Counted from the first letter of the stretch, positions 28,034 to 47,318 are shown. The stretch is 64,000 nucleotides of DNA from the human T2T-CHM13v2.0 reference genome, Homo sapiens (GCF_009914755.1 NC_060927.1), one strand, 5' to 3'. The notes: generated by a model not told the origin, from the letters alone. Made by a program: numbers and translations.

Positions 28034-30333
28034 AAAATCTTATCTCTAATTTAGTACAACTGATGATGGGAAAGTGTAATTCTTACCTTATGCTGTAGGT
28101 AGCATAGGGCTGTGCTACCTGCCTGCTTTAACAAGCATGCTTTTATTCTTGAAATTCTTCTGCAGCCTCACAGTCATTTCTTTCTTTTTCTTGTATTTGT
28201 TTTTTCTTTCACATTCAAAGACCCTTACCCCAAATCTCCTAACAACTCAGGGTAACTGTCAGGGAGGCAGTTGATTTACCCTTGGCACCAATTCTTTTTT
28301 TATTTTTTTTCCTTTTCCTCCCTCAAATTTGTACAGCTGGTTCTTATTAGATGGTTCTTTTTCAGCTCCTCTCTGTCATTCTTTGTCCTATCTATCTAGT
28401 CCACAGCTAGAAGGCTTAAAAAATGATTGTGAAAAGGTTCAACATGAACCCTCATATTTTCATTACCTTGCTATTATTATCAACTCATTTGTCAATCAGG
28501 TTTCATCTTTTCAATGTCTATAGAAATGTTTTTGCTTTAGAAGCAAACTGTGATATTCTATCATTGTCTCTATTTATTAGCTTAGATATTCGTATAACAA
28601 GAAAATATGTTTCATCAATGATTTGTATATCTGAAGTATTGTTCATGTAGGTAAGGTATGATAACTTTATTTTTTTCATGAATTTTCCAAAAATCAGTTT
28701 ATTTCTTGAAATCTCCCGAAGAGGAAAAAAGATGCTTTTGTTTGCTTATGTGTTTACTTGCTTGTTTTCAGTATCCATATTTGCTCATGACTTTCAGCAT
28801 ACTTCATGAGTGTTAATCCATTGGAGTAATTAGTCAAATGATCTCATATTTAATCAGTGAACCTCTTCAGTTCTTTTGACATGACACTACTAAATGTTTA
28901 TGACTTCACTTCTTTCTGGACTTTGCATTTCCTGCTCCTTTCAATGGAAATTTATTTAGAGATGTCAACTATGAAACTAGGGTGCTCACTGCTAGTAGAT
29001 TTACCATCGTATCTGGGATTTTTGGTAGAAATGCACACAAACACACATATATTAATACACATACACACATGTAGACAAATATATAAATTATATGTATGTT
29101 TTCAAGACAAAAATATAAAATATTGAGATTATACTTACTGTCAAAAATGTGATACAGTTTTCATTCAAGTGAAAAGGCAGGAAGAAGGTCACAAGAAACT
29201 TTTGTTATAGAGTTCTTCCCTCAAACCCCAAAGAGCTAAATGCCATTCAGGTGATTAGCAGGATCAGCACTCTGAACAGGGAAAATCAGGACTGCTTTCC
29301 CTGTCTCACTCTTTTTTCCACTCTACTTCTTGATGATTAGTATTCTTTTAATGAGGTCAAAGAGAACCATTGCATAGAGATAAAGTCTTATATGTACACA
29401 GCTGGTATACATAATAAAATGTCTGAAATCCATTCACACTAAGAGAATAATTAGCTCATCCTCACAAGGGCAAATGATTTATAAACATGTTTTCTGTTTT
29501 CTAATGGAGTGAAGGATCATAACCGTAGAGTGGGGCAGGTTCCCAGTAGGTGCAATATCAAAAAGAAAAAAAAGTCCAAGGTTCCAAATACTATGAAATT
29601 CTCAAATCTCAGTTTTTGAGATGTTTTATTGCCCAATTAATTAAACATAAAACCTAGTTACCAGGTTCCTAGACAGGAGGAGAGAAAGAGCTGACTTAAA
29701 TAAGAGATAAGGGTTTAAGTGGTTGAAAAGGAAAATTGAGGAATGAGACGGAAACTTAGCATAATTCAATGTTTTTGTTTGTTTTCCTAAATCTGTCTTT
29801 ATTCACATTCAACAGGAACTGAACTGGCCAGAATCCTCATGTCTCACCCCCATACCATCTTCTACTATGCTAAGTAGCAAAACAGTGTCTTTCAAAATGT
29901 ACTGAAGTGTTTCCTGAACCCCTTCTACATCTACCTCATGAAAAACATTCTGCTGGCCAGTCTTGCTCTGCAACATTGATTCAGAGTTTTTAATATTTTT
30001 TTGCTCTGTAATTAGTCAACTTGCTTTTTATAAAGCTCAAGTCCCAGAATATCCACTCATCAAAACTGCACCTTAGATGACTCAATACTGTTCTTTTCAT
30101 GGTCTGTTTCTTCAGAGTTAAGGGCAGTGCCTGATTCAAGTGTTTGATTTTTTGTTTACTAAAAATCTCTAACAACATCCTTAGTGCCTACTACATGACA
30201 ACTTCTGTATGTTATGGGTCCCCAACAGAGAGCAGAGAAAACTAAGCCCTCAAAGAGCAGACAGCAAGGAAACAGATAATTTCTATGCAAGACGATAAAT
30301 GGGACAGTAAAAATAGCAGTTTCTGTGTTCTTA

Positions 30334-30701
30334 TGTCTTAGCTCAGGCTGCTGTAACAGAGTACAAAAAACTGGGTGTCTTAAACAGCAAACATTTGTTT
30401 CTCACAGTTCAGGAAGCTGGAAGACCAAATTCAGTATGCCATCATGGGCTGGTTCTTGGTGAAAGCCCTCATCCTGGTTATGGATGACCACTTTTCTCTC
30501 TGTATCATCACATGGCACAGAGAAGACATAGAGAAAGCAAGCTCTCTACTGTCTTTTTATAAGGGCACTAATTCTGTTCATGAGGGCTCTACCTCATAAC
30601 CTAATGACCTTCTAAAGTTTCCACCTCCTAACATCATCACAGTGTGGTTTAGGATTTCAACATATGAGTTTTGTGGGAACATAAATATTTAGGCTATAGC
30701 A
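30334..30701 (-). mobile_element. MLT1A MaLR solo LTR
   Basis: tgtcttagctcaggctgctgtaacag...tataagggcactaat...ggctatagca; TSD tctta/cctta. Confidence 0.88.
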
Positions 30702-30713
30702 CCTTAAAAAAAC

Positions 30714-31260
<547 letters not shown>

Positions 31261-31465
31261 TATGTGATGACTTGGGACTCTCTCCCAAGTGCTTTATGTA
31301 CATTGATTCATTAACATTTTCATTGTAATTCTACAAGTCAGGTACTGTTACTGTCTTTCTCTTATTAGAGATTTAAAGCACAGAGACATGGCATACCTTG
31401 TTCAAGTTCACATTAGTAAATGATGAGGATTGCTGTCCTATATGTGATATTGAATGCTTATAGTG
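31261..31465 (-). mobile_element. MIR
   Basis: aagtgctttatgtacattgattcatt...aggtactgttact...aagcacagaga...caagttcaca. Confidence 0.65.
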
Positions 31466-32747
31466 AGTAGACTGGGTAAATGAACATGACAATACACACT
31501 GTATAGACAATTTTAATAAAAGTATGTAGATCATCTGTTGAGAATGTATTCCTGCAAATCTATTGTTTCCATCATGATTCCTCAATCTGTAATATACATA
31601 CAGGATTTGGCTCCTAATTATAAGTTCTGTGGGCCTTCATTATGTATTTTCCTGAACTCCACATGCTGGGACATTTAACTAGAATTTGTTCTACATAACC
31701 TTCTGCCATTTTTGAGTTTAACAGGCTTAGAAGTCCAGTGGTGACACACAAAACTTCACATTCAAAAGGCCTAAGAAAAAAGAAGTTAATTGGAGTCTAC
31801 TTTAAATTCTGAAAAATTATTCTCCTCTTACATATGGATTTTCCCCCTCACCGTTTAATATTTTTTGTAGTGTATTCCTTTCATTATCTGCAGCGAAGTC
31901 CTTCTCACTCATATAACTTGCTCATTGTGGCATCAAACCTAGAAAATGTGTCTGTGAAATAGGTACACTAACATTTAGTATGACCTCAGATTTATCTCTT
32001 AAAAAATGTTTCTCAAAACTATATTCGTAGAAATAAGTTACTTTTATAGATTATTTGTCATTTTATTTTCCTTAGTAAATCTAATAATATGATTAGAATT
32101 GCTCAGATAATCTTCCATCTCAAGGTTTTATTCATTTCTGATTCATTGTGTCTATTATTAAAACCAGCTGTTGATGTTTTTGAACAAAGTGATTTCTGAA
32201 TTAACTCTACATTGTGTTCTATAATAACCCCACTTCAGTATTATCATGGGTTGCTCCCAATTTACTTTTAGATAATTAAAGCCTCTCTTTATTTCTATCC
32301 AATTTGCCTGTTTTATTTCCCAGAACACAAGGATGTGATTTCATTCATGTTGCTCTAGGGGTCTAAAGTTGATAATCATTTTTCTACATCTGCCCTTGTC
32401 GATGTCTGCTTGCAATATATGTTGCTATATCCCCGCCCCTTGGCTTCCTCTCCTTAACATTCACATTCCTAATGATACATTATGTTTTTCTGCCACAGGC
32501 CATTTCTTGGTGTTTTCCAATAAAGTTGGTACCTTTGTATCAGAATTGTCCTAATTTCCCTAGCATATTAGATATTTATTCTATATTGACTTGTTTATGA
32601 TGATTATTTACATGTGAATGCATCTGCCTCAGAACTGATGACAGCTCTAACTGAAATATGAAAAAATATACATTTCTCAATAACTGAATAAGCAATTTAT
32701 AAGTTGGTAGAAGGAGAGAACAAAATCTGTATCATCAAAATAATAAG

Positions 32748-33160
<413 letters not shown>

Positions 33161-34261
33161 TAATTATATTATCTATGATTCTTTACCAAATATCTACTAC
33201 TAAAGTGATAAGATCAAATAATAGAATTTTTTATGAATTTGTGGAATTGCTACTTCTCTGTAGTTAGGATGTAAAACTGATTTGTCTAATATGAGTTTCT
33301 TAGCTTTCATAAATTCCTTTTTGTAGATTACCACTATTTTCTAGGACTTCCCAGTGCTAGTTTTCTAGGAAGACTATATCATTGTATCTTTTTTTTTTTT
33401 TTTTTGTAAAATAGTCATTGGGAAATATATTTTATGTAGCCAGGACATTTTCATAAAGTTAAAAATTACTATCTCATTATATGTCTGTATTTCTTTTTAT
33501 TTAATAACATTCTTGTTTAATTGCTTTTTCTTAAACAGAATAGTACATCTGCACTGAAAAATCTATATTCCCAGAAAACAGGAAGGCACATTTTGAGATT
33601 ATATGGATGAATTTAAGTAGTGATGTAAAAACACGTCAACTTTCTCTTGGAGACACCCAAACCTGTACATTTTCTCACAATTTTTGTCAATCGAAAATAC
33701 ATCTTCCCTTTAGTTTAGCATCTTTAAAAATATATATCAGTATGATTTGCCTTTTTAAGTATAAGATTTCCTTCCGTCTAAATTTTAATCTTTCTAACAG
33801 CATGTACTTGAAAAGAATTAGATTTAAAATTACAGTGATCCACATTTTCCTCTTACTTGCCAATACTTCCCACCATGTGGAATATATTATAAGCATTACC
33901 ATTACCAGATGTGAAAGGCTTTTTGGAGAGCTTATCTATTTTACAAAAGGTAAGTCAGGAAAATAAACTCTTGAAATTTTAGTGCTCCTTCTACTTGTTA
34001 GTAAGGGGATGAGATAGTTATAGGAGTTTCTCTGTCTTTAGAATTTCAGAGAATTGACTAAGCGTAGGAACGGAATTTGGATGGTGATATCTGATGTCTA
34101 GATATCTTTCTGTAAAATACCTATGGTTTAATATATTTCTTATGCTGTAAACATGTCAAATCTTTTTAGTACCTAGGAAGAATGTAGATACTAAAATAAA
34201 TAAAATTACCTTTTACAGTCACCATAATGACATTTCATTGTGAAAGTATAATCTTACTATG

Positions 34262-34742
34262 TTTTTCTTTTTTTTAATTTAATCTAGATACAGGTACTTT
34301 ATTTACAAATATTTAGATTAATAGCATTTTGTTACATCAAATGAAGAGTACAGCAGTCTGAAAAAATCCTTCAATCACAAAAACAATAAAACCCACTGTA
34401 ACTAACTTTGGGAGTCAGGGTATTGCACCTCAACAAGCCGCAGTCTTTAGTTTGTGATTGCTACCTTATATCCTAATGGGTGGTTTGCTTGTTTTGTTTT
34501 GTAAATATACACACTCACCAGCAGGTCATGGTCCCTAGGTGAATCCCTTGTGATGCAACAGTGTAAGCAAAATGGATCACTGTAAGTCTTTAACATAATA
34601 TACCAATCTACTCCAGAAATCTTATTTTTTAAAAAGTTAAACAAAGACAAAAATAAAAATGAATCCACAAATTAACCAAAGCCTATTTTCTGCACATTCC
34701 AGTTTTGGCTTTTATTTAACATTGACTATACAACACTCTGGT
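34262..34742 (-). pseudogene. Probable processed retrocopy of an mRNA 3'UTR (may extend to ~36100 as an inverted segment)
   Basis: T-tract at 34262-34275; minus-strand AATAAA at 34298-34303, ~22 nt from the tail; non-TE UTR-like sequence. No TSD found. Confidence 0.55.
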
Positions 34743-37700
34743 GTTTTTCTTAATGTTATTGAGGACACAGAACTAAGTGACAATGAACTTGATGTTTGTG
34801 GGGTAAGAGTGACCTGCCTGAAATATACACAAAGGTTGCACGTGGAAGAATATTTTTTAAAAAGGTTGTATGTGTGGGACAGTTCAGATTATGGGTTTGT
34901 TAAACAGATTGTTTATTTCTTTGCTTTTTTAAAAAAAAAAACCACAGCCCTCTCTCTAGGCTTTTGCCTGATACAATGATTAATTTTCATGTAAAATTAT
35001 CTCAGTATTTATTACCCAATAATATTCTCTTTTAGTCAGTGAGAACTAGGAAATTAGTAATAAAATCTGTTTATTATCGTTAGTGAAAATTTAGGTCCCC
35101 AAATAACTCAGATCTCTAAACACATGTTATAAACTTTTCAAACACTGAATATTTTTCAACTTGGCTTTTAAGTTGAAAACGTCACCAATGCTTCCAAAAC
35201 CAAGAATTAAGTTAATGAGTTAAATCAATGTATTAACCTATTTCTAAACATGGGTTTTAGTTTAAAATTTAAACAAAAATTTGTTTTTAACAATTTATCT
35301 TGGCATTTAAGCAGGCTAAACTGCTATCTATCTTTTTCTGTAAATGTCAGTGAAAAATGTCAACTTCGAACTAGTGACACCATATTACACTGTTGTTTGT
35401 GTGTTTTGTTGCGTTACATACAAGATTTTCCTTATAGTTTATTTCTCTCTAAGAGGCAGTGCTTTGTTAATATGGCTGTGTACAATTTTCTGACAAGTGC
35501 TGAACCTACACTAACAAAAATGGTTCTTATTTATGATGTGTCAAATTACTGTTCTGAGAGCAGACCTTTTAGGTTGCATTCAGCCTTTAATGTGACTGAA
35601 TTTAAATGGCATAAAATGCCTTTTAGTTGGGCCTTGGCTGGCATATTATATATCTCATTTCAATGAAAAACATTCACATGCAAATATGGTTTGTTTGGAG
35701 TGAGGACAAATGCTCCTATCATGACTGATGGAGGCTTTTGATCACAGTTCTACAAACTGAAACCTTAAAAAAGAAGAGGCTATTTGGACTGGCATCTGCA
35801 GTCCCATGAATTATTTAATTCACATTATTCATAAATCTCTTTGAAAAGGGGGTTTTATGAGGTTTTAAGGAGGAGTAGTCATAGTTGTGTTGCCAGCTTC
35901 AATGTACGCTGTAAGTGCTGTAAATGGCTGCCTGCAGATGAACGCTTTCTTTAAATGTTAACTATTCTATAGCCTGGAAAGTGTGTTACCTGAGTACTCT
36001 AGCAAATTAATCTCACAGCTCTCCGGAAATGGAATCAGGTGCCCATTCCTCTTTTACTACATCCACCACTGGGTCTAAAAAGTGGGATGAACATAATGCA
36101 GAACATTTCCTATAGTGTATGTATAGAGGTAGGTACAACAGAGCTATGGAACACCATTTTCTTATTACACCTTCATAGCATAACAAGCTAAAAGACCTCC
36201 TTCCTCCAAACACCATGATTCTTTTCTTCTCAGGGCCTTTGCACTGATGCTGTTGTCTGGAAAGACTTCTCTTGCTCTAGATTTCCAACCAGCTTTTCTT
36301 ATGTGTGGAAATGATCTTTCTAAAACGTTACACTTATGTTCTATTTAAATTTTTTTTTCCCAGACAATAAATTTCAGGAAAACAGGGACTTGTATCATTT
36401 ACGCTATTTGTCCCAGAACATTATCATATCTATAATTTATAGTGCATGTTAAATAAATGGCTTTTATATTATCTTGACTTGAATTACTCTCAAACTATGG
36501 CTCCTAAATGGAACATTGGATATATTTTATATTCTTTCCAGTTTGCATAGAGAGGTATAACTTCGAAATTGTTTCCACATCTGAAACATTGATTGAGGAC
36601 AGTTTAATACAGAACTGCATTTTGAATTTTGAACTTCCTGTTTAGGAGCCTTCTATTGGCTTTCAGTTGGCACAGGGGTGTGACTCATGTTCAGACCTAG
36701 CCTTTAGCGCATGAGTCAGAATGCTGAATTATAATTTACTCATTGCATTTTTAAGTAATGCTTCCTAGTTTTAAAATTAATGAACAGTTGCAGTTTATGC
36801 TGCAGAATAGCTGTCTCTGCCCTTCTATTTAGAGTGCATGATATTTGATAATCAATGCTAGGAAGGCAGTTAGACCTGATAACCTTTGATGGTACCTTCT
36901 AACTCTGAGATTCTCTGAATCTCTGAAATCATGCCAGGTGGGATTTTAGGCTTAACATAGATTCAAATGCAAATAACCTGAATAAATTTGGTTACAATTT
37001 GACTATTTGAAAATCCTGAGAATTAATTATATTTTCCTTTCTCTATAAATTATATTTTCATGTAAACTGTTGGGATTTCTTAACATGTTTATTAGTATCT
37101 ACAGTAAAGTAGTTTTTTAAATTATGGAAAATAGCATCATGATGCAAACATTTTCTTTGTGAATGAAATATATTATTGTTCAATAGATAATATGAACCAG
37201 TATCTGGGGACTGAAAGTTATGAGATATGTTTTCAGGGAAAGATCCCTGTGCTGGGACTTTGAAGACTTGGAACATTCTGGATCTTTCTCTTGTGTAGCT
37301 GGAGAATATAGAGAAAATCGCTTTTGTCCCCTAAGGCCTCAATTCCCACAAACACAATTTGAAATTAACACTGTCTGACTTCAGAGCTTCTTTGTGAATC
37401 CTTATAGAATCACAGATAAGGAAACTTTAAAAAAATAAAACATTAAGTTTCTTCTTTAACTGTGAGATTTACTAATATCACCTCTAAAACATTTAGGGCA
37501 GAACATAGTAAAGAAAACTTTCTGAAGAATTCATATTTCATTTAATTTAGTGAAGTTGTTGCTTGTTGTAGGTTTATTATCTTTTCCAATTTACATTCTA
37601 GATCACATTGGTTTGTTTGAAAACATCTTTCCTTCAAGGCGATCCCATTAACAAGTGAAGATAAAACTGTTTTTATTTTTCATTTTAAATATGGCTATTA

Positions 37701-39004
37701 TAGATATTCAACCTCAAAGCAGAATGCTTCAATTTATGAAACAAAAATAAACACAAACACAAATAATGGCCTACTGTAATTTTTAAGATTAGGTATTTAT
37801 TAATATATGAACTGTTACATATTATGATTATCTTACAGACATAAATTTAAAACCTTATTACTCTATGCAGCATTTGATATATAAAATGAACATAATGATC
37901 ACCAGTTGAGCTTCATATTAGAAGTCAAAAGCCAGCAGCTCACTTACCTGTAGCGTAGTATGATGTAATCGTCTCACCTTCACTCAGTAGCATTGTGAGG
38001 TACTGGGAGAATTAGAATCCAGAATGTATTTCTGTACTTGACTTGATAAAAAGTATTTTGTTCCTCTCTTCAGTGACGAAACTTATTCCAAATGGCAATC
38101 TTTTGACTATAATTTCAAATTATCTGAATCTAAGGTAGTTACAGAATAATGTTACTACTAATTTTCTTGAGTGAATCATGAAAACTAATTTATTGCTTTG
38201 TATTCATAATTGTTTTCATATAGTCTTTCTCCTAAAATAGTTGTACTGTTCTAGAGATGAAAGACAGTTCATGACATTCTAAGATATTTGTAATCTAATT
38301 TGCTTCCACATGTGAAATACAGAGTGGTTTGTTTAGTATATCACAGTTATGTAGTTGGTAATTACAAGAGTTTTCATCTCTCTCTGCCATCCCCTCTACC
38401 CTTTGTTATCATATTTTAATAATGGACACTGAAATAACTTTTTCTCAAGTGATCTTTTAAACAGAGTCAGTAATAAACTTCCAAAGAAATTTTCCACAAA
38501 GCAGAAGATGCTGTCAGTATACCTAATACATTTTCTGAAACTGAACACTTAAGACCTTTTCCATTTTATTTTCATATGACCTGAGTACTGTTACCTATTG
38601 ACATTTTACCAGTTGGGGCAGACTATGTTTGGAAGCTCCTTCCCTTCAAATATTAGACTAATAATTGTAATAATGCCTCAGAATATTTGACTCAAATGAA
38701 AAATATGTTTAGTTCAGATCATGTTAAGCTTTTTTTTTTCCCCAAATACTATTCATGTTTATTAACACTATATTTGGCACAGAAATCTAGGTCATGTTTG
38801 ACTTTTTATTTCTTTATATATAACTTCAAAATTAACTTTTATAATACTTTTTAAATAAAATATCTTATGTCCCTAAAGTGGGCCAGATTGTGGCATATTT
38901 AATATGCATTTGCTTGTATGTTTTGAAATAGAGTTGTGAGATGCTTACCACATCTCAGAGAAATGTCATGTATACTGCCCTTACTTTTGTGAATTTCAGA
39001 TTGA

Positions 39005-39444
<440 letters not shown>

Positions 39445-40296
39445 TAAACCATAGTTTATATCCTACAAAGCACTGGCTTTATCAATAATATATAGAAACA
39501 TGAAATAGAAGGCAGAAGAACATAAGAAAAAAGGATGCCACTTAGGCACTCCATAAGACACTTACCCACTGAAACCACATAGCAATAACTCAGCTCTTAC
39601 CTACCTATCTACAATTGAATTCTCAATGTGATTTTTCCTCCTGTCACTTGCGTCTATATGTCAGAGGTCCTTAATTATATTACGGTAAAAACTACTAAAC
39701 ATCACATCTAAAGAATTTAAATATGACATTTCTAAATGACCACATTTTCATCATTTGGTTTATGGAAATGATGGATTATAAATAGGTATCTACATGCTCT
39801 TTGAATTAGCATGCCTTAAATACAAAATATATGTTAAGTATTTGGACCTTAGTCCCTTTAGTGTGGGTGACTTAGTTTTAGGCAATTATGACCCTACCTG
39901 AAGTATAAGTCAAAATGAGATCAGAGAAGTGGTAGTACAGGGTATTTGATACGGTGGCTTTATGCACAACATTCTGGAGGTCACATTTTATCTTGCTCAA
40001 GCTCCTCTTTGGGGAGATTCACTAGAGGCCAGAACCAAGCAATTCTTGACCATATACTTACACATACAGAAACTTGCCTTGCCAGCTACACTAAAATGAC
40101 TTCCTTTGGATCTCCTGGGAATTGAATAGGTTATTTGAAACCACACTGAAGTAGATTAAACTGAATCCCTTAAATTATTCCTAATCACATTCTCCATTTG
40201 CACAGCTTTTCCAGAATTGACTTACTATCTAGTAATAAAGAGTTAGGAAACACTGCATTTATGTTTGCTCAATGACTACTTGCTTGAACACAATAG

Positions 40297-40724
<428 letters not shown>

Positions 40725-41510
40725 CTGTTTATCTATTTTTACTTGACCTTATTCTGCTTCTTTTCCCACCTCCTTTTACTCCCCTCGTTAAGATGATGCT
40801 ATAAACCCTTGAGATCTGGGTAATCTCCAGGTGGTGGTGTCCTCCTTTACATCAATGAGTACTAGTCATCCATTATAACCATTACAAAGCTGTTAACAGT
40901 CAATAAATGTGCTTACTAGGTGACACTTTAGTTTTCTAATTGCACACCATTCTCATTACTAATACAGAGTCCAATCATTATCGTTCCTGGAAAAAAAATT
41001 ATCAGTGGTATAATATACATTTATACATTTATATAATGTATACATTTATAAATACATTTCTAATTACACATTTATGTGATTCTACAATATAGTATTCTCT
41101 ATACACACATATATATATGCATATGCATAGGGAGAGAATGCTTATGACACATAATTTTTTACATGTCACCTTCTGCCTTAGCATATAAACTCTTAGTGGT
41201 AGATACCATCCCACTGTTAATTCTACATGACAGTCATGACAATGAGACCTTTGTTGGCTCAAAAATTTTTCAAAGAAGCATTATTTTGCTGCACTATTTT
41301 ACCAATACCAATTATGAGCAAAAAGTATTTTTTTAGTTTGCATGCATTTAATCAGTAAAATAGAATGCATTTTAAAATAGATTAGTGAGTAAAAAGTTCA
41401 AATTAGGGTAGTAACTAATTAGAACAAAACATTAGAACACCCTGAAAATTAAAAAATGTGATGAATCTCACTGATTTTAGAAGTTAGTTTTTTGAATTTT
41501 TTGTTTGTTT

Positions 41511-44092
<2,582 letters not shown>

Positions 44093-44860
44093 TAAATATT
44101 TCTTACACCTAATAGTGTTCATGTCATTGGTAACATATTCTGAAGTGTGTATATTATATGTATATATAACCCATAAAAATTAGCCATTGAGAATATGGGG
44201 AATAACATGAAATGAGGTAAATCATCAACACTCTATTATGTTCCAGTTATAGATTTAGGGTATTTCTAAAATAGCTTTTTGGTTTAGTAATGTAGACATA
44301 AAATATAACTTCAAAGATTGCCCGTGTACTTTAGTTATTGAGAACCTTTTATTCCTGTACTTCCTTAAGGCTTTTGTAATAATAAATGGTTGAGACATCT
44401 AAGGGTTTGCATTTATCTTACAGAGTCACTTTTAGAGGCATGAGTTTAAGTTCTATTCTTGGCTGGAAAGCTTCCCTTTGTAACTATTGGGACAAAAGTC
44501 ATAATCTTACAAGGAAATTGGGAAATATAGCATAAGAAAAAGAGATTTAAAAATTGGTACTGACTCATGAACTTTAAAGAGATGTTTGAAAGCAAAAGGA
44601 ATAAATATAGAAAAAGATCATGTAAACATTTTATGTATAAACTATTTGTACTAGAACCATGAAAACGGTAGAGTGAAAAAAATTTAATATAAAATATCAG
44701 TTATTTTGCTATGTATAATTCAGTATTTATAAAGTGAGAAAACAGGGAAAATAAGTAATTATATAGATTACTGAAATCTCAAAATACACACAAAAAGTAG
44801 GTAAAATCTTACAATAAAGTTCTGTTTCACCTCTTTGGAAACAAAGTATTTATTTTATAG

Positions 44861-45216
<356 letters not shown>

Positions 45217-45327
45217 TGATAAATTGACCTCATTCTATGCAATTATCAATGGGTAGCCAACGCTGAACTATTTTATATACATTATCATATTAAATCATAG
45301 GAAAAGATGTGTTCAGAAATTGTAATA

Positions 45328-45761
45328 CAGTTTACCCTTGAACAACATGGGGGTTAGGGCCACTGACTCCCCACCACAGTCAAAAATTCAAGGAAAACTC
45401 CTAACTCCCCAATAATTTAACTACCAATAGCCTGCTGTTGACTGGAAGCCTTATTGATAACATAAAGTGTGAATTCACACATATTTTGTATATGTATCAT
45501 GTACTGTATTCTTAAAGTAAGCTAGAGTTTGGAAAATGTTATGAAGAGAATCATAAAGAGGAGAAAATATATTTACTCTTCATTAAGTGGAGGTGGATCA
45601 TTATAGGATCTGAATCCTCATCTTCTTCACATTGATTAGGCTGAAAAGGAGGAGGAAAAGAAGGAACTGGTTATTCTATCTCAGGGATGGCAGAGGCAGG
45701 AGAAAATTTGCTTGTAAGTGGACTCATGCAGTTCAAATCTGTATTGCTCACGGGTCAACTG
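45328..45761. mobile_element. Tigger2a (TcMar-Tigger), complete
   Basis: TIRs cagtttacccttgaacaaca / tattgctcacgggtcaactg, TA on both flanks, 434 bp. Confidence 0.9.
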
Positions 45762-45814
45762 TACCTAAAACAGGAAAACATCCAAGTTTTACTTAAATAT
45801 TTAAAACATGTTAA

Positions 45815-46500
45815 CAGTTTTTTACTATCAAAAATTTCAAACACATACAAAAACAGGAAGAAAATATACTAAACATTGTACATCCCAAAATTATTATGAA
45901 ATGGTTTTCACAAGTGTTTAATTTTGTAAAAAAAAAACAAAAAACAAGACTTAAAAAATATAGTCACAGTACTCTTATTATCCCATGTAAATATTAACAA
46001 TAATTTCCTAACACTATGAAGTATCTAATGTTCAACTCAAGATCCACTGTAGTCTACACATGATAATTAATTGATGTGTCTTTTAGGTTTCTCCTCTAAC
46101 TGGTATTTTCTGCCGTGAAATTTATTTGCTAAAGGAACCAAATGGCAAAATTGTGTGTCATTTCTCACATTCATTATTTTACTCATGGCCTCATTTGACT
46201 ATTTTTTTTGTCCCCTGTATTTGTTGGACTTTGGAAGTTCAATGTAGAGACATAGTGCTATCCAGTTTTCATTATTTTGAAAAAATTCTTCCTTTGTGGT
46301 GTTGTGTCCATCGCTGAGGAGGAATATAATATCTGGTAGATTCCCTTTTACTGATATTACCTGAATGGTAATCATTGCCTAAATATGAGTATTTGCTAAA
46401 ATTGCAGAATGGTGACTTTCTAATTCTTTTATTTCCTCTTTGTTTAGTAGCTGGAGTATTTCTATTAAGAGTTATTTCCATCCATCCAATATTTGGCTAT
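45815..46500 (-). mobile_element. Old L1MC/ME fragment
   Basis: aaaatttcaaacacatacaaaa...aaatattaacaataatttcctaa; degenerate. Confidence 0.5.
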
Positions 46501-47318
46501 GTAACTCCATAGCAAGTGTTTCTTTCTAAAACATTTTAAACCATTTTTACACTTTTTTCCTAGTATGATATTTGTGTGATTAAGAAAAAATAAAAACTAG
46601 TGAAATAAATTAAATTCTCACTTTTTCAAGTCTTTGAATTCTAATGAGGCTTAGAAGAAAATCTAGTACTTAGACAATGTTAGGTGATAGTTAAGAAAGA
46701 TGCTATTTTAATAAGTTTCATGTGATTAGTGAAAAAATGTGTTTAACTTTGTGTTTGATGATTAAAGAAAGAAAACAAAAAGAGGAGAAAAGGTAGGCAG
46801 TTATCTAGCCCTCTACAGCAGATATTTTAATTTCTGTGTCTTAAAAGACAGTAATAATGTACTATCTGATAAATTAGATGTAGTAGAATTTCCCCTTTTC
46901 AAATCAGTGTTATTTCAATCATAAAGGAATAAAAATCATTGGTTTGTTGATTAACATTGCTGTGTTATATAATAGCTAATGGTTACTACATTTCGACGCA
47001 GTAGATTTTAAAATATATATATTCAGAAGTGTGTTTTTTCTCTGTAAATTCACCACTGAAGTGCTTTGTATTCTAAAAATGGCATTCCTCTTCTCTGAAG
47101 CACAGTTTTGTTACATGAGTGATCTCATTGTTTTCACTGTATTTATTCTGGGAAGTAGTGGCAATGCCATTATTTTAATAATTTGTAGTGTGTACTATAA
47201 GTGTAACTTTTCATATATGAAAACTTTATACTGCACAGCATCTTCCAATGGCAATGTTTTGTTTTGCTGCAAATACATTTGAATCAAGGGAAACATCTAA
47301 TATATCTGAATATGAAGT

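Noticed and set aside
28641-28656. Possible recursive splice sites (AG|GTRAG) at 28650, 57571, 3377 and 7408; recursive splicing is reported in CADM2 intron 1
   Set aside because: None has a convincing polypyrimidine tract. The site at 9380 has a tract but a weak donor (gttaaa). Total-RNA sawtooth or junction data would be needed.
35250-35666. 138-aa ORF in the putative retrocopy region
   Set aside because: No recognisable homology; composition fits non-coding AT-rich DNA.
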